Source of the DNA: Octopus sinensis
Taxonomy: Eukaryota
NCBI RefSeq assembly: GCF_006345805.1
Contig: NC_043026.1
Location: 2,046,001 to 2,110,000 of the forward strand
Direction: 5' to 3'
DNA length: 64,000 nt
In this document: in pieces, positions 1 to 13,754 of the stretch
Layout: each line of letters starts with the position of its first letter
Numbering within the stretch: position 1 is the stretch's first letter
The notes under the pieces: generated by a model
The model's database searches: none
What the model was told of the DNA's origin: nothing
The model's input: only the letters and a program-made list of their open reading frames with translations
Translations under genes and position numbers: made by a program

Positions 1-358
1 TGGACTTGGTCTTGCGTAAACATGTTGGAGAGTAAGTTCAAATCATTTGAGTACTTCAAAGTATTTTCTATCCCCAGAATCTTTGAATCTCATCTGTTGA
101 CTATATACATATATACATGTGTATGAGTGTGCGTGTGTGTGTGTGTGTATACACACATACATGTATATATACAACATTTACCATGTTGAACTGCTGAACT
201 CTACATGTTTCTTTCCATTCTCTCTCTATTTATTCCTTTTTGTCAAAGAACTTAGGCTCAAAATGCAAAAGACTTTTCCATTTTTCCTGACCGTCAAACG
301 AATATACCTTCTTGTTGTTCCTACACCTGTCTTCAGCTTTTATTTTTCTATAAATTTA

Positions 359-396
<38 letters not shown>

Positions 397-603
397 ATAT
401 ATATATATATTTATACACTCATATATATATATATACAGAGAGAGAGAGCAACAAGAAAATGGAACTACCTTCACCATTTAATACACTAGGTAATTGCAAT
501 GCAATAAAAACCACTTGTGCATTAATAATTGGGTATTCTACCATCAGTATATTGGATAGACATTATCCCTTAGTTGGTTGGATTCACAACTCTCTTGGAA
601 TAT

Positions 604-648
<45 letters not shown>

Positions 649-799
649 ATCCAAACAAGAAAACACAGAAAAAAAACAGCAACGCGAGGACGTGGAACAA
701 TTAAAGTATTATTTGATGCTCAGGAAAGAAGGGAAGGAGGGTTTGTTTTTGGATTGGGTTTGTAAGATTCTTTATGTGAGTTGAAGCATATATGCTTGG

Positions 800-978
800 G
801 TCTGGGGAGTCATTCTCTTTTGGTGCCTTATAATTTAATGCACTCACCGGTAAAATTTCCACTTATTTCTGTTTTTACTTTTTTTTATATTTTTCTAAAA
901 TTTTCGTCGCAACATGCAATGATGAGTGTGTTAAATTATAAGGCACCAAAAGAGAATGACTTTCCCCAGACACAACAG
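800..978. repeat. Inverted repeat, ~47-bp arms (800-846 / 922-971); related sequence at 46170-46292
   Basis: gtctggggagtcattctcttttggtgccttataatttaa versus ttaaattataaggcaccaaaagagaatgactttccccagac. Confidence 0.8.
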
Positions 979-1277
979 TGTATATATATATATATATATA
1001 TCATCATCATCATCATCATCATCATCGTTTAGCGTCTGCTTTCCATGCTGGCATGGGTTGGACGGTTCGACTGGGGTCTGGGAAGCCAGAAGGCTGCACC
1101 AGGCCCAGTATGATGTAGCAGTGTTTCTACGGCTGGATGCCCTTCCTAACGCCAACCACTCCGTGAGTGTAGTGGGTGCTTTTTACGTGCCACTTGCACA
1201 GGTGCCAGACGAGGCTGGCAAACGACCACGATCGGATGGTCCTTTTTACGTGCCACCGGCACGGATGCCAGGCAAGG

Positions 1278-1311
<34 letters not shown>

Positions 1312-1691
1312 CAATATATATATATATATATATATATAACAATATATATATATATATACATACATACACAAGCCAGTTTTTATTGTTGTCCGTGAGCCAA
1401 GGTGGATCTTTGAAGCATGTCTGGGTGCAAAGAGCACTTGTTGGTGCATTTCTCCTCCTCGGAAGTGGTGGGGCAACGACATGTTAGACTCCCTTTCATT
1501 TCGTGGACCAGTTTCTTCCTTCTTGATCAGACTACAGTTTGCAGAGTGCACAGACTGGCGGCTCTCTGTCTCTCTGACACCACCACCACCACCAACACCA
1601 CTCCCGCCACTACCAGCACTGCCACCACCACTAGCAGACTTTAAAGTCTTCTGTTCAGGTTTCAGTTACACCTCTCACTCTCCCTCTCCCT

Positions 1692-1722
<31 letters not shown>

Positions 1723-1734
1723 CATATATATATG

Positions 1735-1780
<46 letters not shown>

Positions 1781-1790
1781 TATATATACA

Positions 1791-1858
<68 letters not shown>

Positions 1859-2779
1859 CATACATATATACATACATATATATATATATATTTATATACA
1901 TATATATATATACATGCATATATACATACATACATATATACATATACACACTCACACACACACACACATATACATATATATACCTATCACTCTCTTCTTC
2001 TCTACACTAACGACCTACTTGCAGTTGCTTTCCACTGCACACACCCTTATACACACACAAACCCATTGACCTGAATAGAATCCCTGCCTCTTTCTCTTCC
2101 CCCTTCAAACATTACCAACAGCAACACTCACCAGCTTCACACAATGGACGACTGTCTCTGCCTTTCTTCTCTTCTCCTTCAAACACATTCATTCTGTCCA
2201 GTTTTTCATATTATTCCTTCGTCTCATTAATTCAAAGTCTTCCTTTTCTCATTAGTTCTTTTTTTTTTTTTTACTTTCTATTAACAGTTATTGTAAACAA
2301 CTTTCACTAATTAAGTCAATATAGTCATAGGAGCGGCTGTGTGGTAAGAAGCTTGCTTCCCAACCACACAGTTCCGGGTTCAGTCCCACTGCGTGGCATC
2401 TTGGGCAAGTGTCTTCTACTTTAGCCTTGGGCTGACAAAAGCCTTGTGAGTGGATATGGTAGACAGAAACTGAGAGAAGCCCATTGTATATATATATATA
2501 TAATATATATAATCAAAATAAGCAACAAGGATGTCCAAGGTAGAGTAGTACAATCGTTTCATGCTACTTCATTTTATTAAACACTGTAAGCATTACATCA
2601 GTTTTAAAATGTCGAGCAATCTTCAGCCACATATAGAATTCTTCAATTAAACAGACATTTGATTTATATGGATAATACCATACAAAATTCTGGTGCCTTT
2701 AACTTAAGTACCATATTCATCTGAATCTATATATATACATATATATATATATATAAATATATATATGTGTAAGTATATG

Positions 2780-2811
<32 letters not shown>

Positions 2812-2867
2812 AATATATATATATGCATGTGTATATATTATATATATATATATATGTATATAAATAT

Positions 2868-3080
2868 ATTCAAAATGTGACCTCGTGTGTACCGTTGGCG
2901 ATTTTTTTCCTGTCTTCCGTTCTCTGGATCTTTCCTTCTCCTATGTTTCCGACGAAGAGCTCCGCTCGAAACGTTAAACCCTCCTTCTTTCCTTCTTTCC
3001 TGAGCGTCCAATAAAACTATATTTGTTCCACGTCCTCGCGTTGTTGTGTTTTTTTGTGTTTTCTTGTTTGGATTAACTTT
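2868..3080 (+). mobile_element. Short Penelope-like terminal repeat with degenerate minimal hammerhead (further copies at 44765-44975 + and 645-745 -)
   Basis: Shared ~210-bp sequence in (TA)n. The motif reads CCGACGAAGAGCTCCGCTCGAAACGTTAAAC here and CTGATGAAGAGCTCCACTCAAAATGTTAAAT at 44847. Confidence 0.6.
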
Positions 3081-3511
3081 ATATATATATATATACATAT
3101 ATATATGTATATATATATATATGTATATATATATATGCAGGTATAAGTTAGAGGTGTTTAAAGCCTCTAAGGGATAGACATATCCAAAGGCACTTCTGGT
3201 AATTACCTCAGTGGGTATATTCCTTGGCAAAAGGTATACAGCAGCAGGTAATTTAGTGGGTAACTGTAGTTTAATATATGTAGGTGAGAAGAAAATTGGA
3301 GGACAAGCAACAAACCAAAGTGGGTCTTTTGCACTAGTAAGCCATTCTCACTCTCTCCTTTATTTACCAATTAAATAATGGCTTACTAGCGCAAAAGACA
3401 CACTTTTTGTTATTTGTCCTCCATTTACTTCTCGCCTATATATACATATATATATATATATACACACACACACGCACACACACACATATATATACACATA
3501 TATATACACAC

Positions 3512-3542
<31 letters not shown>

Positions 3543-3957
3543 TATATATATACACACACACACATATATATATACACACACAAACACACATATATATGGC
3601 AATGACACCCTGGTCTTGCACCATTTCCACTCTACCAGTCATTCACTACAACACCTGTCTGTTTTCGGATTGTCTTTGCGCAGGGGCCATGATTCTCTTC
3701 CTATTTGTCCCTTGCCACAGCTACACAACTAGTGTTGGTTTGTTTACTTCCCCATAATTTAGCAGTTCAGCAAAAGAGACCGATACGTACCAAACTTAAA
3801 ACGGTACTGGGGTTGATTAATTCAACTAAAACCTCCATGGCGATGCCCCAGCATGGCCAGGCTCCAACATAAGATAAAAGATAGCATCAAGTACAAGAAA
3901 ACACACTGAATGCTGTAGGCTGTTATTGGTGTGTGTATCAGATGACTGTAATCACTG

Positions 3958-4082
<125 letters not shown>

Positions 4083-4506
4083 AATGTTGAACAATAGGAA
4101 TGAGTGCTCAACATTGCATTGGTGGAAAAAATTCTTTATTTGTGTATTAAGGCTACCATTGGTTTCATGTTAAGAAAATATCTTCCTATCTTAACAATTT
4201 TCAAGCCAATCACATGGAGGGATGGTGTCCATTCCCATCTGGACAAATACCATTCCTCCATGAAACTAATGGTAGCCTTAATACACAAAGTATGTATATT
4301 TTTAATTCTTTTACTTGTTTCAATAATTTGGCTATGGCCATGCTGGGGTTTTAGTCAAACAAATCGACCCCAGATCTTATTGTTTGTAAGCCTAGTACTT
4401 ATTCTATCAGTCTCTTTTGCCAAACCACTAAGTTACAGGGACTAACACACCAACACCAGTTGTCAAGTAATGGTGGTGGTGGTGGTGGTGGGGGATAAAC
4501 ACAAAC

Positions 4507-4551
<45 letters not shown>

Positions 4552-4613
4552 GATATATATATATATGGGCTTCTTTCATTTTCTATCTACCAAATCCATT
4601 TACAAGGATTTAT

Positions 4614-5050
4614 CTAGTATATATAAATCACAGTAGGTGTGTGTATATTGAATAACACATACATTTCCACAATTCTCAACTAATTTTCAACAAACTTTAC
4701 ACACACATTACTTATGTCTCAAGGATGGCCATGCACTATAAGATTTTGCCCAGAGCTCCCACATAAATGGACGTAATTTTTTGTATGTAGGGTCTTCTAT
4801 ACCTTTTTAATCTTTTTATAAAAGTAAAAAGATTTTGTCTAAGCGATGGTAATTAAATTGATTAGGAACACTGAACACATACCTTTCCACAATTCTCAAC
4901 CATTTTTCACCAAACTTTACACACACATCACTTATGTTCTAAGGATGGTCATGCACTAAACATTTTGCCCAGAGCTCCAGTGTAAATGGATTTTGTCCAT
5001 TTATTTATTTTGATTGCCCACCTGCTACGGTGATTAAATTGACTATAAAC
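4614..5050 (+). mobile_element. Helitron-like 5' fragment with an internal ~220-bp direct duplication
   Basis: TCTAGTATATATAAA start. The unit ttccacaattctcaac..ttttca.caaactttacacacacat..cttatgt...cagagctcc is repeated at ~4665 and ~4885. Confidence 0.45.
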
Positions 5051-7225
5051 ACAGTCCACCAGAAATATCCAATACCAAACAATCTTAATCTCCATATTTA
5101 ACCTGAACTAAACTTTGGCAAGATCAGCTTTCCCTATTCTGAGTTACTTGAAAGGAGATGTTCCCTTCCCTTTCTTCTATCTGTTGATAACTTTGTTTAT
5201 ATACCAATGCCTTATTTCACTTTAAGGATGCTTATTTACCCAACCTTATGATATTTTGACCGTTGTCCATTGCTTCAAATATGTTTTAGCATTGTTGTTC
5301 TAGCCTTTCTTAAACAATCACATTTGATTCGTCCCAAAGAATCAACCTTCAAAAAAAAGTTTTGCTTCAACTAATAAAAGCTATTTGTATCTTTCAGAAA
5401 GCTCCATACCAGTTTAACTTAATGTGGCTTTCACTGTTAGTTTATGTGCACGCTATGTGGGAAGGCAGAATAAAGGGGCTTTTGTTAGCTTATCTCTCCA
5501 AAAAAATAGCCCCCTTTGCTGTTGAAAAAAATAAACTCGCAGAGGGGAAGTTTCAACATCTTCCTTCAATTTCCTTACACCATTTATGTGGCTGTTTCTC
5601 ACAAGAAATTTCGCTTTCATGTAAAACAACTAAATTTTGTGATCATTATCCGCAATCTACTCCCCGAACACTTCAGTAGCTCTGCTTTGCATCACTTGCA
5701 AACTTATATGCTCTATGATCACTGAAGGGCAACGACCTCCACAATGACCAGCCTTCAATTTCATTTTCCGATCCTAGGTTAATCGGAAACATAGATTGCC
5801 ATGCTACTCTCTGCAGTACAATTATTTATTGGAAAAAACACCACCAAAGCAACTTAAACTGTCCAAAGAATGGGTGCATTTGCTAGAATATATAAATAAA
5901 AAGCTTGCTTCCCAACCATATGGTTCCAAGTTCAGTTCCACTGCATGGCACCTTGGACAAGTGTCTTCTACCATAACCTTGAGCTGACCAAAACCTTGTG
6001 AGTGGATTTGGTAGACAGAAAATGAAAGGAGCACGTCAAATGTGTGTGTGTGTGCACATGCGTGTACATATGTGTGTGTGTGCATGTACATATGTGTATG
6101 TGTATCTTTGTGTCTGTGTTTGTTCCCCCCCTTACCGCTTGACAACCGGTGTTGGTGCATTTATGTCCCCATAACTTTTCAGTTTGGCAAAAGAAACTGA
6201 TAAAATAATTACTAGGATTTAAATGAAATAAGTCCTGGGGTCGATTTGTTTGACTAATACCCTTCAAGGCAGTGCTCCAGTATGACCGCAGTCAGATGAC
6301 TGAAAGAATGAAAAGACTATATATATATATATATATACACACACACATACACACATACACACATCTGCAAATGATTAGACCCCTGCATAGCAGCTACAGC
6401 AGATAGAATAGCAGTCAAATATCCCTCAAACTGAACCTGTTGTCTCATGGATAATACGTATGAGCTAACCAGGAAGATCTACTAGAAATGGCAACCAAAT
6501 CTCTCTAACTACTTCATCCATATTCACTGGCATGGATAGATTAAGTTGTTTTCCTTTCAAAACATGCACAAAAATATTGCAGAATCATCAAATATCAGAA
6601 AACTCAAAGAATGTGGATGGCTGTTTGCACTGGCAGACATTTCAAACGTCTCCTCTTACATAACTCATACACTGAGTTATGTCTCCCAAACTAAATATAG
6701 AATCTGTCCCTTCATAAAATGCCTAAAACTGTTGCAGGATTCAGGCATGGCTGTGTAAATGCAGATGAACACAATGGCTGTGTGGTAAGAAGCTTGCTTC
6801 CCAATCACAGGATTTGGGGTTCAGTCCCACTGTGTGGCATCTTGGGCAAGTGTCTCTTGCTATAGCTTCAGGTCAACCAAAACCTTGTGAGTGGACTTGG
6901 TAGATGGAAACTGAAAGAAGCCTGTCATATATATTCTTTTATTTGTTTCAGTCATTTGACTATAGCCATCTTGGCACACCATCTTGAAGGATTTTTAGTT
7001 GAACAAACTGACCCTAGGACTTATTTCTTAAGCCTAGTACTTATTCTATTGTTTACATTTGCTGAACTGCTAAGTTATGGGGACATAAATACACCAACAC
7101 CATTTGTCAAATGGTAATAGGGGGACAAACATAGACACAAAGACACACACACATATATATATACATGTATACGTTGGGCTTCTTTCAGATGAGCTTCTTC
7201 CTTACCACACAACCACACCTGCACC

Positions 7226-7260
<35 letters not shown>

Positions 7261-7426
7261 CTTTGTGTTTGTCTCTCCCACCACCACCACCACCAGTACT
7301 GCATGACAACCGATGTTGGTGTGTTTATATCCATATAACTTAGTGGTTCAGCAAAAAACCCAATAAAATAAGTACCAGGCTTCATAAAGTACTTGGGTCA
7401 ATATATTCAACTATATTCAATATATA

Positions 7427-7840
7427 GGCGCAGGAGAGGCTGTGTGGTAAGTAGCTGGCTTCCCAACCACATGGTTCTGGGTTCAGTCCCACTGCGTGGC
7501 ATCTTGGGCAAGTGTCTTCTACTATAGCCTCGGGCCAACTAAAGCCTTGTGAGTGGATGTAGTAGACAGAAACTGAAAGAAGCCCGTCGTATATATGTAT
7601 ATATATGTATGTGTATGTGTGTGTGTTTGTGTGTCTGTGTTTGTCCCCCCGCCCACCCTCACTTAACAACCGATGCTGGTGTGTTTATGTCTCCGTAACT
7701 TAGTGGTTCGGCAAAAGAGACCGACAGAATAAGTACTAGGCTTACAAAGAATAAGTCCTGGGGTCGATTTACTCGACTAAAGGTGGTGCTCCAGCATGGC
7801 TGCAGTCAAATGACTGAAACAAGTAACAGAGTAAAAGAGT
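7427..7840 (+). mobile_element. tRNA-derived SINE family A, full length
   Basis: Head with A box (GGCTGTGTGG) and B box (GGTTCAGTCCC), central TA/TG microsatellite, and tail ...gtcaaatgactgaaacaagtaaaagag. There are more than 25 whole or partial copies in the window (for example 2329, 5900, 11128, 14397, 15232, 23447, 35787, 40587, 49165). Confidence 0.9.
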
Positions 7841-8909
7841 AACTAAAAATTCTTCCCAGTTTTGCCCAATCAAATGAAGGCTAAAAGATAAAATAAGACA
7901 CAACTCAGTGACAGAGGAATACTGTTTTGCCTGGCATACATTTCACTGAAGCTCCCCTAACACACTCACACACATTCTCCTATCGACACTGGTGCAGGGG
8001 CTGTCATTCTTCACTCCCTTCCTCAACTATTTCTGCTTGTGCACATATGTCAGTCATTTAAATGCAGTCAACACACACCATAGCTTAGCGTAGCATAACA
8101 TGACACAGTTGCACTACTTAGGGGTAAACGGAGCAACGACCTCTTGAAAACATCTTTAAATGAGAATATGATAACTATTTCAGCAACAAGACTTATCTTC
8201 ACTTATCAAAGGAAACAGACTTCTTCACACTAAAACAACAGAGGGTTAAAACCATCGAAGAACTGACAAATGCTGGGCTCCTACAATCTCTCGTGACAAT
8301 TCTCTCAAGACAACTTTAGAAAGATACCACTTCAAATGCTAAAACGCCAGCACTTATCAAAGGAAACAGACTTTGCAACATTACACTTTGTCAACACTGA
8401 AACAACACAGAGTTAAAATCATTTAAGAAGTGACGAATGCTGGGTTTCTACAATCTCTGGTGGCAATTCTTTTAAGACTACTTCAGAAAGAGAGAGAGAG
8501 AGGAGAGAAAGACCACCCTGCACTTATCAAAGAAACAGACCCTGTAACTCTACATCGTTTCTGACACTAAAACACACAACAAAAGCCATTAGCTGTTAAT
8601 GGTTGTTATAGTGTGATACTGTTTCACTGTCAAGGATGTGATTATGTTTTCTGAAACCCTGGGAATATTTTCTAGTGAACTTCATTAGTATGAGGAAGGA
8701 GTCACAAGTTCAAACAAGTAACCTTTATAAGATTTACAAAAGATATTATATAAACACAGCCAAAATATAACAACCAAAGCAAAAATACTCTTAGATAGGT
8801 CTTAACAGCTGTTTCAAAAATTTAACAACTGCTTGAAGTGAAAAAGTGTGTTATGTAAATGGTTATGTATTCTGATGTATGCATGAAGTAGAAAAAAATT
8901 ATGAACAGG

Positions 8910-8995
<86 letters not shown>

Positions 8996-9342
8996 CATAT
9001 ATATACACACATATATATACATATATATACATACATATATATAAGCATACATATATATACAAACATATATATATACATACATATATATATACATACATAT
9101 ATATATAAATACATATATATGTATATACATATATATAAACATACATATGTATATCACGTGATCACGTGACCGACCAGACCATCAGACGCTGCTACACATC
9201 GCTGGTCACAATGCGTTCGCATTGTTTTAGCCTTTGAATGACGCCACCCACACGGAGCCCATTATCGCCACCCACACAGAGCCCACTATCGCTATGGGCT
9301 CCGTATGGGCAGTCATCTAAAAGTTTTTGTGCATCTTGATGC

Positions 9343-9456
9343 TGACATAAGTTCCTTGTTTTTCCTGATGAGAAGGCGGCATAATGCACCCCTTATTCCT
9401 TCGAAATTAGGAATGCAGCCTTCGAAACATATGTCGAAAATATAGGAATTTTGTTA
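9343..9456 (+). ncRNA. Type I hammerhead ribozyme, canonical core
   Basis: Stem I TTTTC/GAAAA extends to ~20 bp through TTCCT/AGGAA. Core CTGATGA 9365-9371; stem II GAAGGCGGCAT/ATGCAGCCTTC; GAAA 9424-9427; palindromic mini stem III ACATATGT; GTC triplet 9433-9435. Confidence 0.85.
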
Positions 9457-9488
9457 ATTCGTTGTTCAACTCCATTCTTTCATTTCTT

Positions 9489-9541
<53 letters not shown>

Positions 9542-9565
9542 ATAGATGTATATATATGTATATAT

Positions 9566-10172
9566 AGGGTGCGGTGAATAAACTGTCATCTAAATTATGC
9601 AAAAATGTATATAACACAGACATCTCATTTTAACGGATATATTTACCAAAATTACGTAAAAATATCTTGAAATACTAAAGAGTAACTTTTAATCACCATG
9701 AGCTTCAACTACAGCTTCCAGATAACTTCAAAATCTCCTGCAACTCTTCTGGGTGGTCTCCTTGTTTAAGTTGGTGAATGCTGCCGTAATCCTTGCCTTC
9801 AGTTCATTTTTGGTGTTACAAGTTTTGTTGGTCTCTCACTCAACTTTGCCCTGCACACAATAATCAAGATAATCAAGGGGATTACAGTCTGGGGAGTTAG
9901 GTGACCAGATGTTAGGGGTGATGTGGTCACAGAAATTGTCTGACAGCCATGACTGGGTTCTCCTGCTTGTGTGGCGTGGTGCAGAATCCTGTTGCCAGAC
10001 ATGGGGTCTTCCAGCAGCCATCCTGTTGACCCAGGACAGCACTACCTTTTCCAGGCACTTGATGTAGGCCTCCATGTTGAGTTTGGGGCTTTGTGGGAAG
10101 ATGAGTGGAGGCATCACCGTCACTAGTGATCACTCCAAACACCATGATGTTGACCGGATGTTTGACTTTTCA
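9566..10172 (-). mobile_element. Tc1/mariner maT-type (DD37D) transposon, 3' half, decayed
   Basis: Reads MVFGVITSDG...WQQDSAPRHTSRRTQSWLSDNFCDHITPNIWSPNSPDCNPLDY, with 37 residues between the last two catalytic Asp and frameshifts. The terminal sequence agggtgcggtgaataaactgtcatc abuts (TA)n. Confidence 0.85.
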
Positions 10173-10242
10173 TCCCTCTCAGTCCATGTCCTCAGATTGC
10201 TAAAAGAAAACCACAGTAACAACAAAAATTCCGTCTACTTAC

Positions 10243-10408
10243 GGGTATTGACGAATCCAGCCCAGGTTCTTCATCACAATGGGGTCATTGATTTTGGAGT
10301 GGTGATGTGAGCAGGGGTCAGTTTCGATACCAAGCGACCCAGAGTCGATGTGGAGATGTTCATGACACAACGTCCTTCCAAGAGCTTCTGGCTTGATGTG
10401 ACCTAGGA
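10243..10408 (-). CDS. PTER: Phosphotriesterase-related protein, second coding exon (amidohydrolase HxH metal-binding motif)
   Basis: Acceptor CTCAG at 10410/10409 and donor GTAAGT at 10242. The 166 nt translate as (V)LGHIKPEALGRTLCHEHLHIDSGSLGIETDPCSHHHSKINDPIVMKNLGWIRQYP, with the G.TL.HEHL motif and the PI.M.NL.WI.Q.. segment typical of PTER. Ends in phase 2. No further exon was recognised in 1-10242. Confidence 0.93.
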
Positions 10409-10773
10409 CTGAGGGTTTGTAGTGTTGGTTGTGGTGGTGATGATAGTGGTGGTGGCGGTGGAGGTAGAGGTAATGGTGGTGATGGTAGTTAGTAGTGTTT
10501 GTGTTGGTAGTTAAGAGCAATAGAGAGAGAGAGAGAGAGAGAGAAGCAAAAAAAAAAGAATACACAGTATTAGTCAATATCAACAAACATCACGAGGAGA
10601 GAAATCTTTTAATAAATGTGGTTTAAACTGAGGAAATGGTGGAAGAGAAAAGAGAGAGAGAGAGAAGAAAGACAGATAAATAGAGAGAGAGATAAAGAGG
10701 GGGGAGAAAAAGAGAGAGAGAAATGCAGAAGGCAGTGAATAGAAAGATTGTGTGTGTGAGTATGTGTGTGTGC

Positions 10774-10807
<34 letters not shown>

Positions 10808-11999
10808 TATATTATAGTGGGGTCGGCCGGTTTATGGGGTTACCTTGGGTTTCTCGCTCATAAGGGGTTTAGCCTTACAGTGTATCTTCAGACCCCAAAT
10901 ACTGCTGGCTTGAGACCTCTCTAAAATACTAATAATAAACCTTTCTACTATAGGCACCAAAACTTTGCGGGAGGAGACTAGTCAATTACATCGACCCTAA
11001 TATTTCACTGGTACTTAATTTATTGACCCCGAAAGGATGAAAGACAAAGTCAACCTCAGCGGAATTTACTTTCAGAATGCTAACGATTCTGCCAGTTTGC
11101 TGCCTTACCAATAATAATAAAAATAAGTAGGAATGGCTGTGTGGTACGTAGCTTGCTTACCAGCCACATGGTTCCGGGTTCAGTCCCACTGCACAGCACC
11201 TTGGACAAGTGTCTTCTATTATAGCCTCGGGCCAACCAAAGCCTTGTGAGTGGATTTGGTTGACGGAAACTGAAAGAAGCCCGTTGTATATATGTATATG
11301 TATATATATATGTGTGTGTGTTTGTATGTCTGTGTTTGTCCCTCCAACATTGCAGCGTTCAAATTTCTTTGTCAAATATAATTCTTATTTTTTGATTGAT
11401 TGATTGATTCTAGTTTCAGCTCATGAGCTGTGGCCATGCTGGGGCACCGCCATTATTCACTTTGTTTTGAATTAATCATCCATTATCTTGCAGCTTCGAA
11501 ATTTTGATGTTGTGACCATTTATTTTTAGAATGACATTGTAGGGCAGAAATGAGAGCCCAGATCTGGCCAGTTTAAACATAAAACTGACAGAATATTAGG
11601 GCTGGATAAGGGCCGGTTTAAATGTAAAAGGGTTAATTATCTGTTTAGAATGTCTCTAAAAACCCGGAAATCCAGAAATCTGGCTTAATTACAGTCCCAA
11701 ACTTACCAAATAGTCAGTCTAGTACGATATAATAAGACTGACAGCAGTTTGTAACATGATGAGAGAGCTTGTTTCCCCTATGTAATTAGTCTAATTGTAA
11801 TTACTTAATTGAATTACATCGTCTCATTAAAATATGTCAATATTCTCTCAACATCTGAGATAAGTCTGAGAGGACTCAATTCTGAAAGAATAGCTTAAGT
11901 TGTAAGAAAGGCGAGATGTTTATGTTGAAATTTATAGATTGACAACAACGTGAAACCAGAAATACTGCTTCATGTAGTGAAACATGTAGGAAAAGGAAG

Positions 12000-12057
<58 letters not shown>

Positions 12058-12851
12058 GAAAGAAGAAGAAGAAGAAGAAGAAGAAGAGGAAGAAAAAGAA
12101 GAAGACGAGGAAGAAGGAGAAGAGGAAGAAGGAGAAGAAGAAGAAGGAGAAGAAGAAGAAGAAGAAAAAAGAAGAACATGAAGAAGAAGAAGAAGAAGGA
12201 GGAGGAGGAGGTGGAGGAGGCAGAGGAGGAGGCAGAGAAGGAGAAGAAAAAAGAAGAAAAAGAAGAAGGAGAAGAAAAGAAGAAGAAGAAGAAGAAATTT
12301 AACCTTTGTTAAAATTCGATATCATTGAGATAGATGATTGTTGAACAAAAATAGTAGCCAAAAGAAAAGAATAACTGCATAGGTCAGTGTTTGGCAACCT
12401 ATTTTATGCCCCCTGCCCCACGGTCACTTTCCAGAAAAATGCATGCTCCACCAATGGTTGCAAAAAAAATAAATAAATAAATAAAACTTTAATTTTAGTA
12501 TTTTATCCCATTTATTTAATACAAAAGAATCTACTGTTAACTTCTTTTTTATTAAGTACTGAGTACAAAAAAAGATGAAAATTACATTCATTTTATTTTC
12601 CCCAGAAATAAATAATAAAGATGTTATAAGCATTTAAAGGTGGGTAATTTAGCCAATCAGAAGCCTCCATTGCCAACAGAGCAGGCAATTTTATCCTGAC
12701 AACTTCAGTTTACCATTGCTTATCCTTCTTTTCTTTCATTCAATTCCTTTTAAAAAAACATTTTGGTCAAGTGTTTTCTGCTATAGACTGGAGCCAACCA
12801 AAGCCTTGTCAGTGGATTTGATAAACAGAAACTGAAAGAAGCCCATTGTAT

Positions 12852-12915
<64 letters not shown>

Positions 12916-12924
12916 ATATATATG

Positions 12925-13135
12925 TATAATGGGAAGGTTTAAGAAAATAAACAAAAGACGAAGGCAGGTGGAGTACAAACAAACAATTGTATTAGTATGG
13001 CGCTCAGGAATAGAAATAAAACAAGTCTTTTACGTTTTGAGCCTACGCTCTTCGACAGAAAGATACACAGAAAAGAAACAAGGAGAGAAACAAGGAGAGA
13101 AACAAGGAGAGAAAAAAAATGCGTGTAGGAGCTAA
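12925..13135 (-). mobile_element. Short Penelope-like terminal repeat with degenerate minimal hammerhead (related copy at ~195-360 +)
   Basis: Minus strand reads TCTTT CTGTCGA A GAGCGTAGGCTC AAAA CGTA AAAGA at 13063-13026. The element sits in the (TA)n core of a SINE. Confidence 0.5.
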
Positions 13136-13754
13136 CGATCTATCATGGCGTCCTGACTCGGACAGTGGTCAGGGGAGATAACAGGGTCAAGTGACTTCCA
13201 AAACGGAGGTGCTCCCAACACAAAGGTGCGTGTGTGTATAAGAGAGTATGTATGTGCATGTGAAAGAGGGCTGGTGGTCTGGACGTGTGTGTGTATGTAT
13301 GTGTGGGTGTGGAGATGTGGGGATGGGTGTGTGGGTGGTGTGTTGTGATGCGATATGTGTATGTATGTGTAGGTGTAAAGATGTGGGGATGGGTGTATAT
13401 ATATATATGTATATGTATATTTATGTGTGTGTGTCTTTGTGTCTATCTTTGTTCCCCCACCATCACTTGATGACCGATGTTGGTGTGTTTACATCCCAGT
13501 AACTTAGCAGTTTGGCAAAAGAGGCTGATAAAATAACTACCGGGCTTACAAAGAATAAGTCCTGAGGTTGATTTCTTTGATGAAAACCCTTTAAAGTAGT
13601 GCTCCAGCATGGCCACAGTCAAATGACTGAAACAAGTAAAAGAGTAAAAAGAATGTGGGTAAACAATAATAAACTAGAGTTGTGAGTGGATTTATTAAAT
13701 GGAAACTGAAAGAAGCCCATCATATATATCTAGGTGTATGTACCTTTGTATCTG

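Noticed and set aside
5100-5880. Possible further PTER exon or LINE relic
   Set aside because: No PTER motifs (ENT..G, TGFY, GEIG) found in any frame; too decayed to classify.
7427-7500. tRNA gene-like A/B boxes
   Set aside because: These are SINE heads present in many copies and do not form a complete cloverleaf.
10409-10586. His-rich N-terminal extension of the PTER ORF
   Set aside because: Intronic (CAC/CAT)n upstream of the acceptor; the true start is supplied by the 27065 exon.
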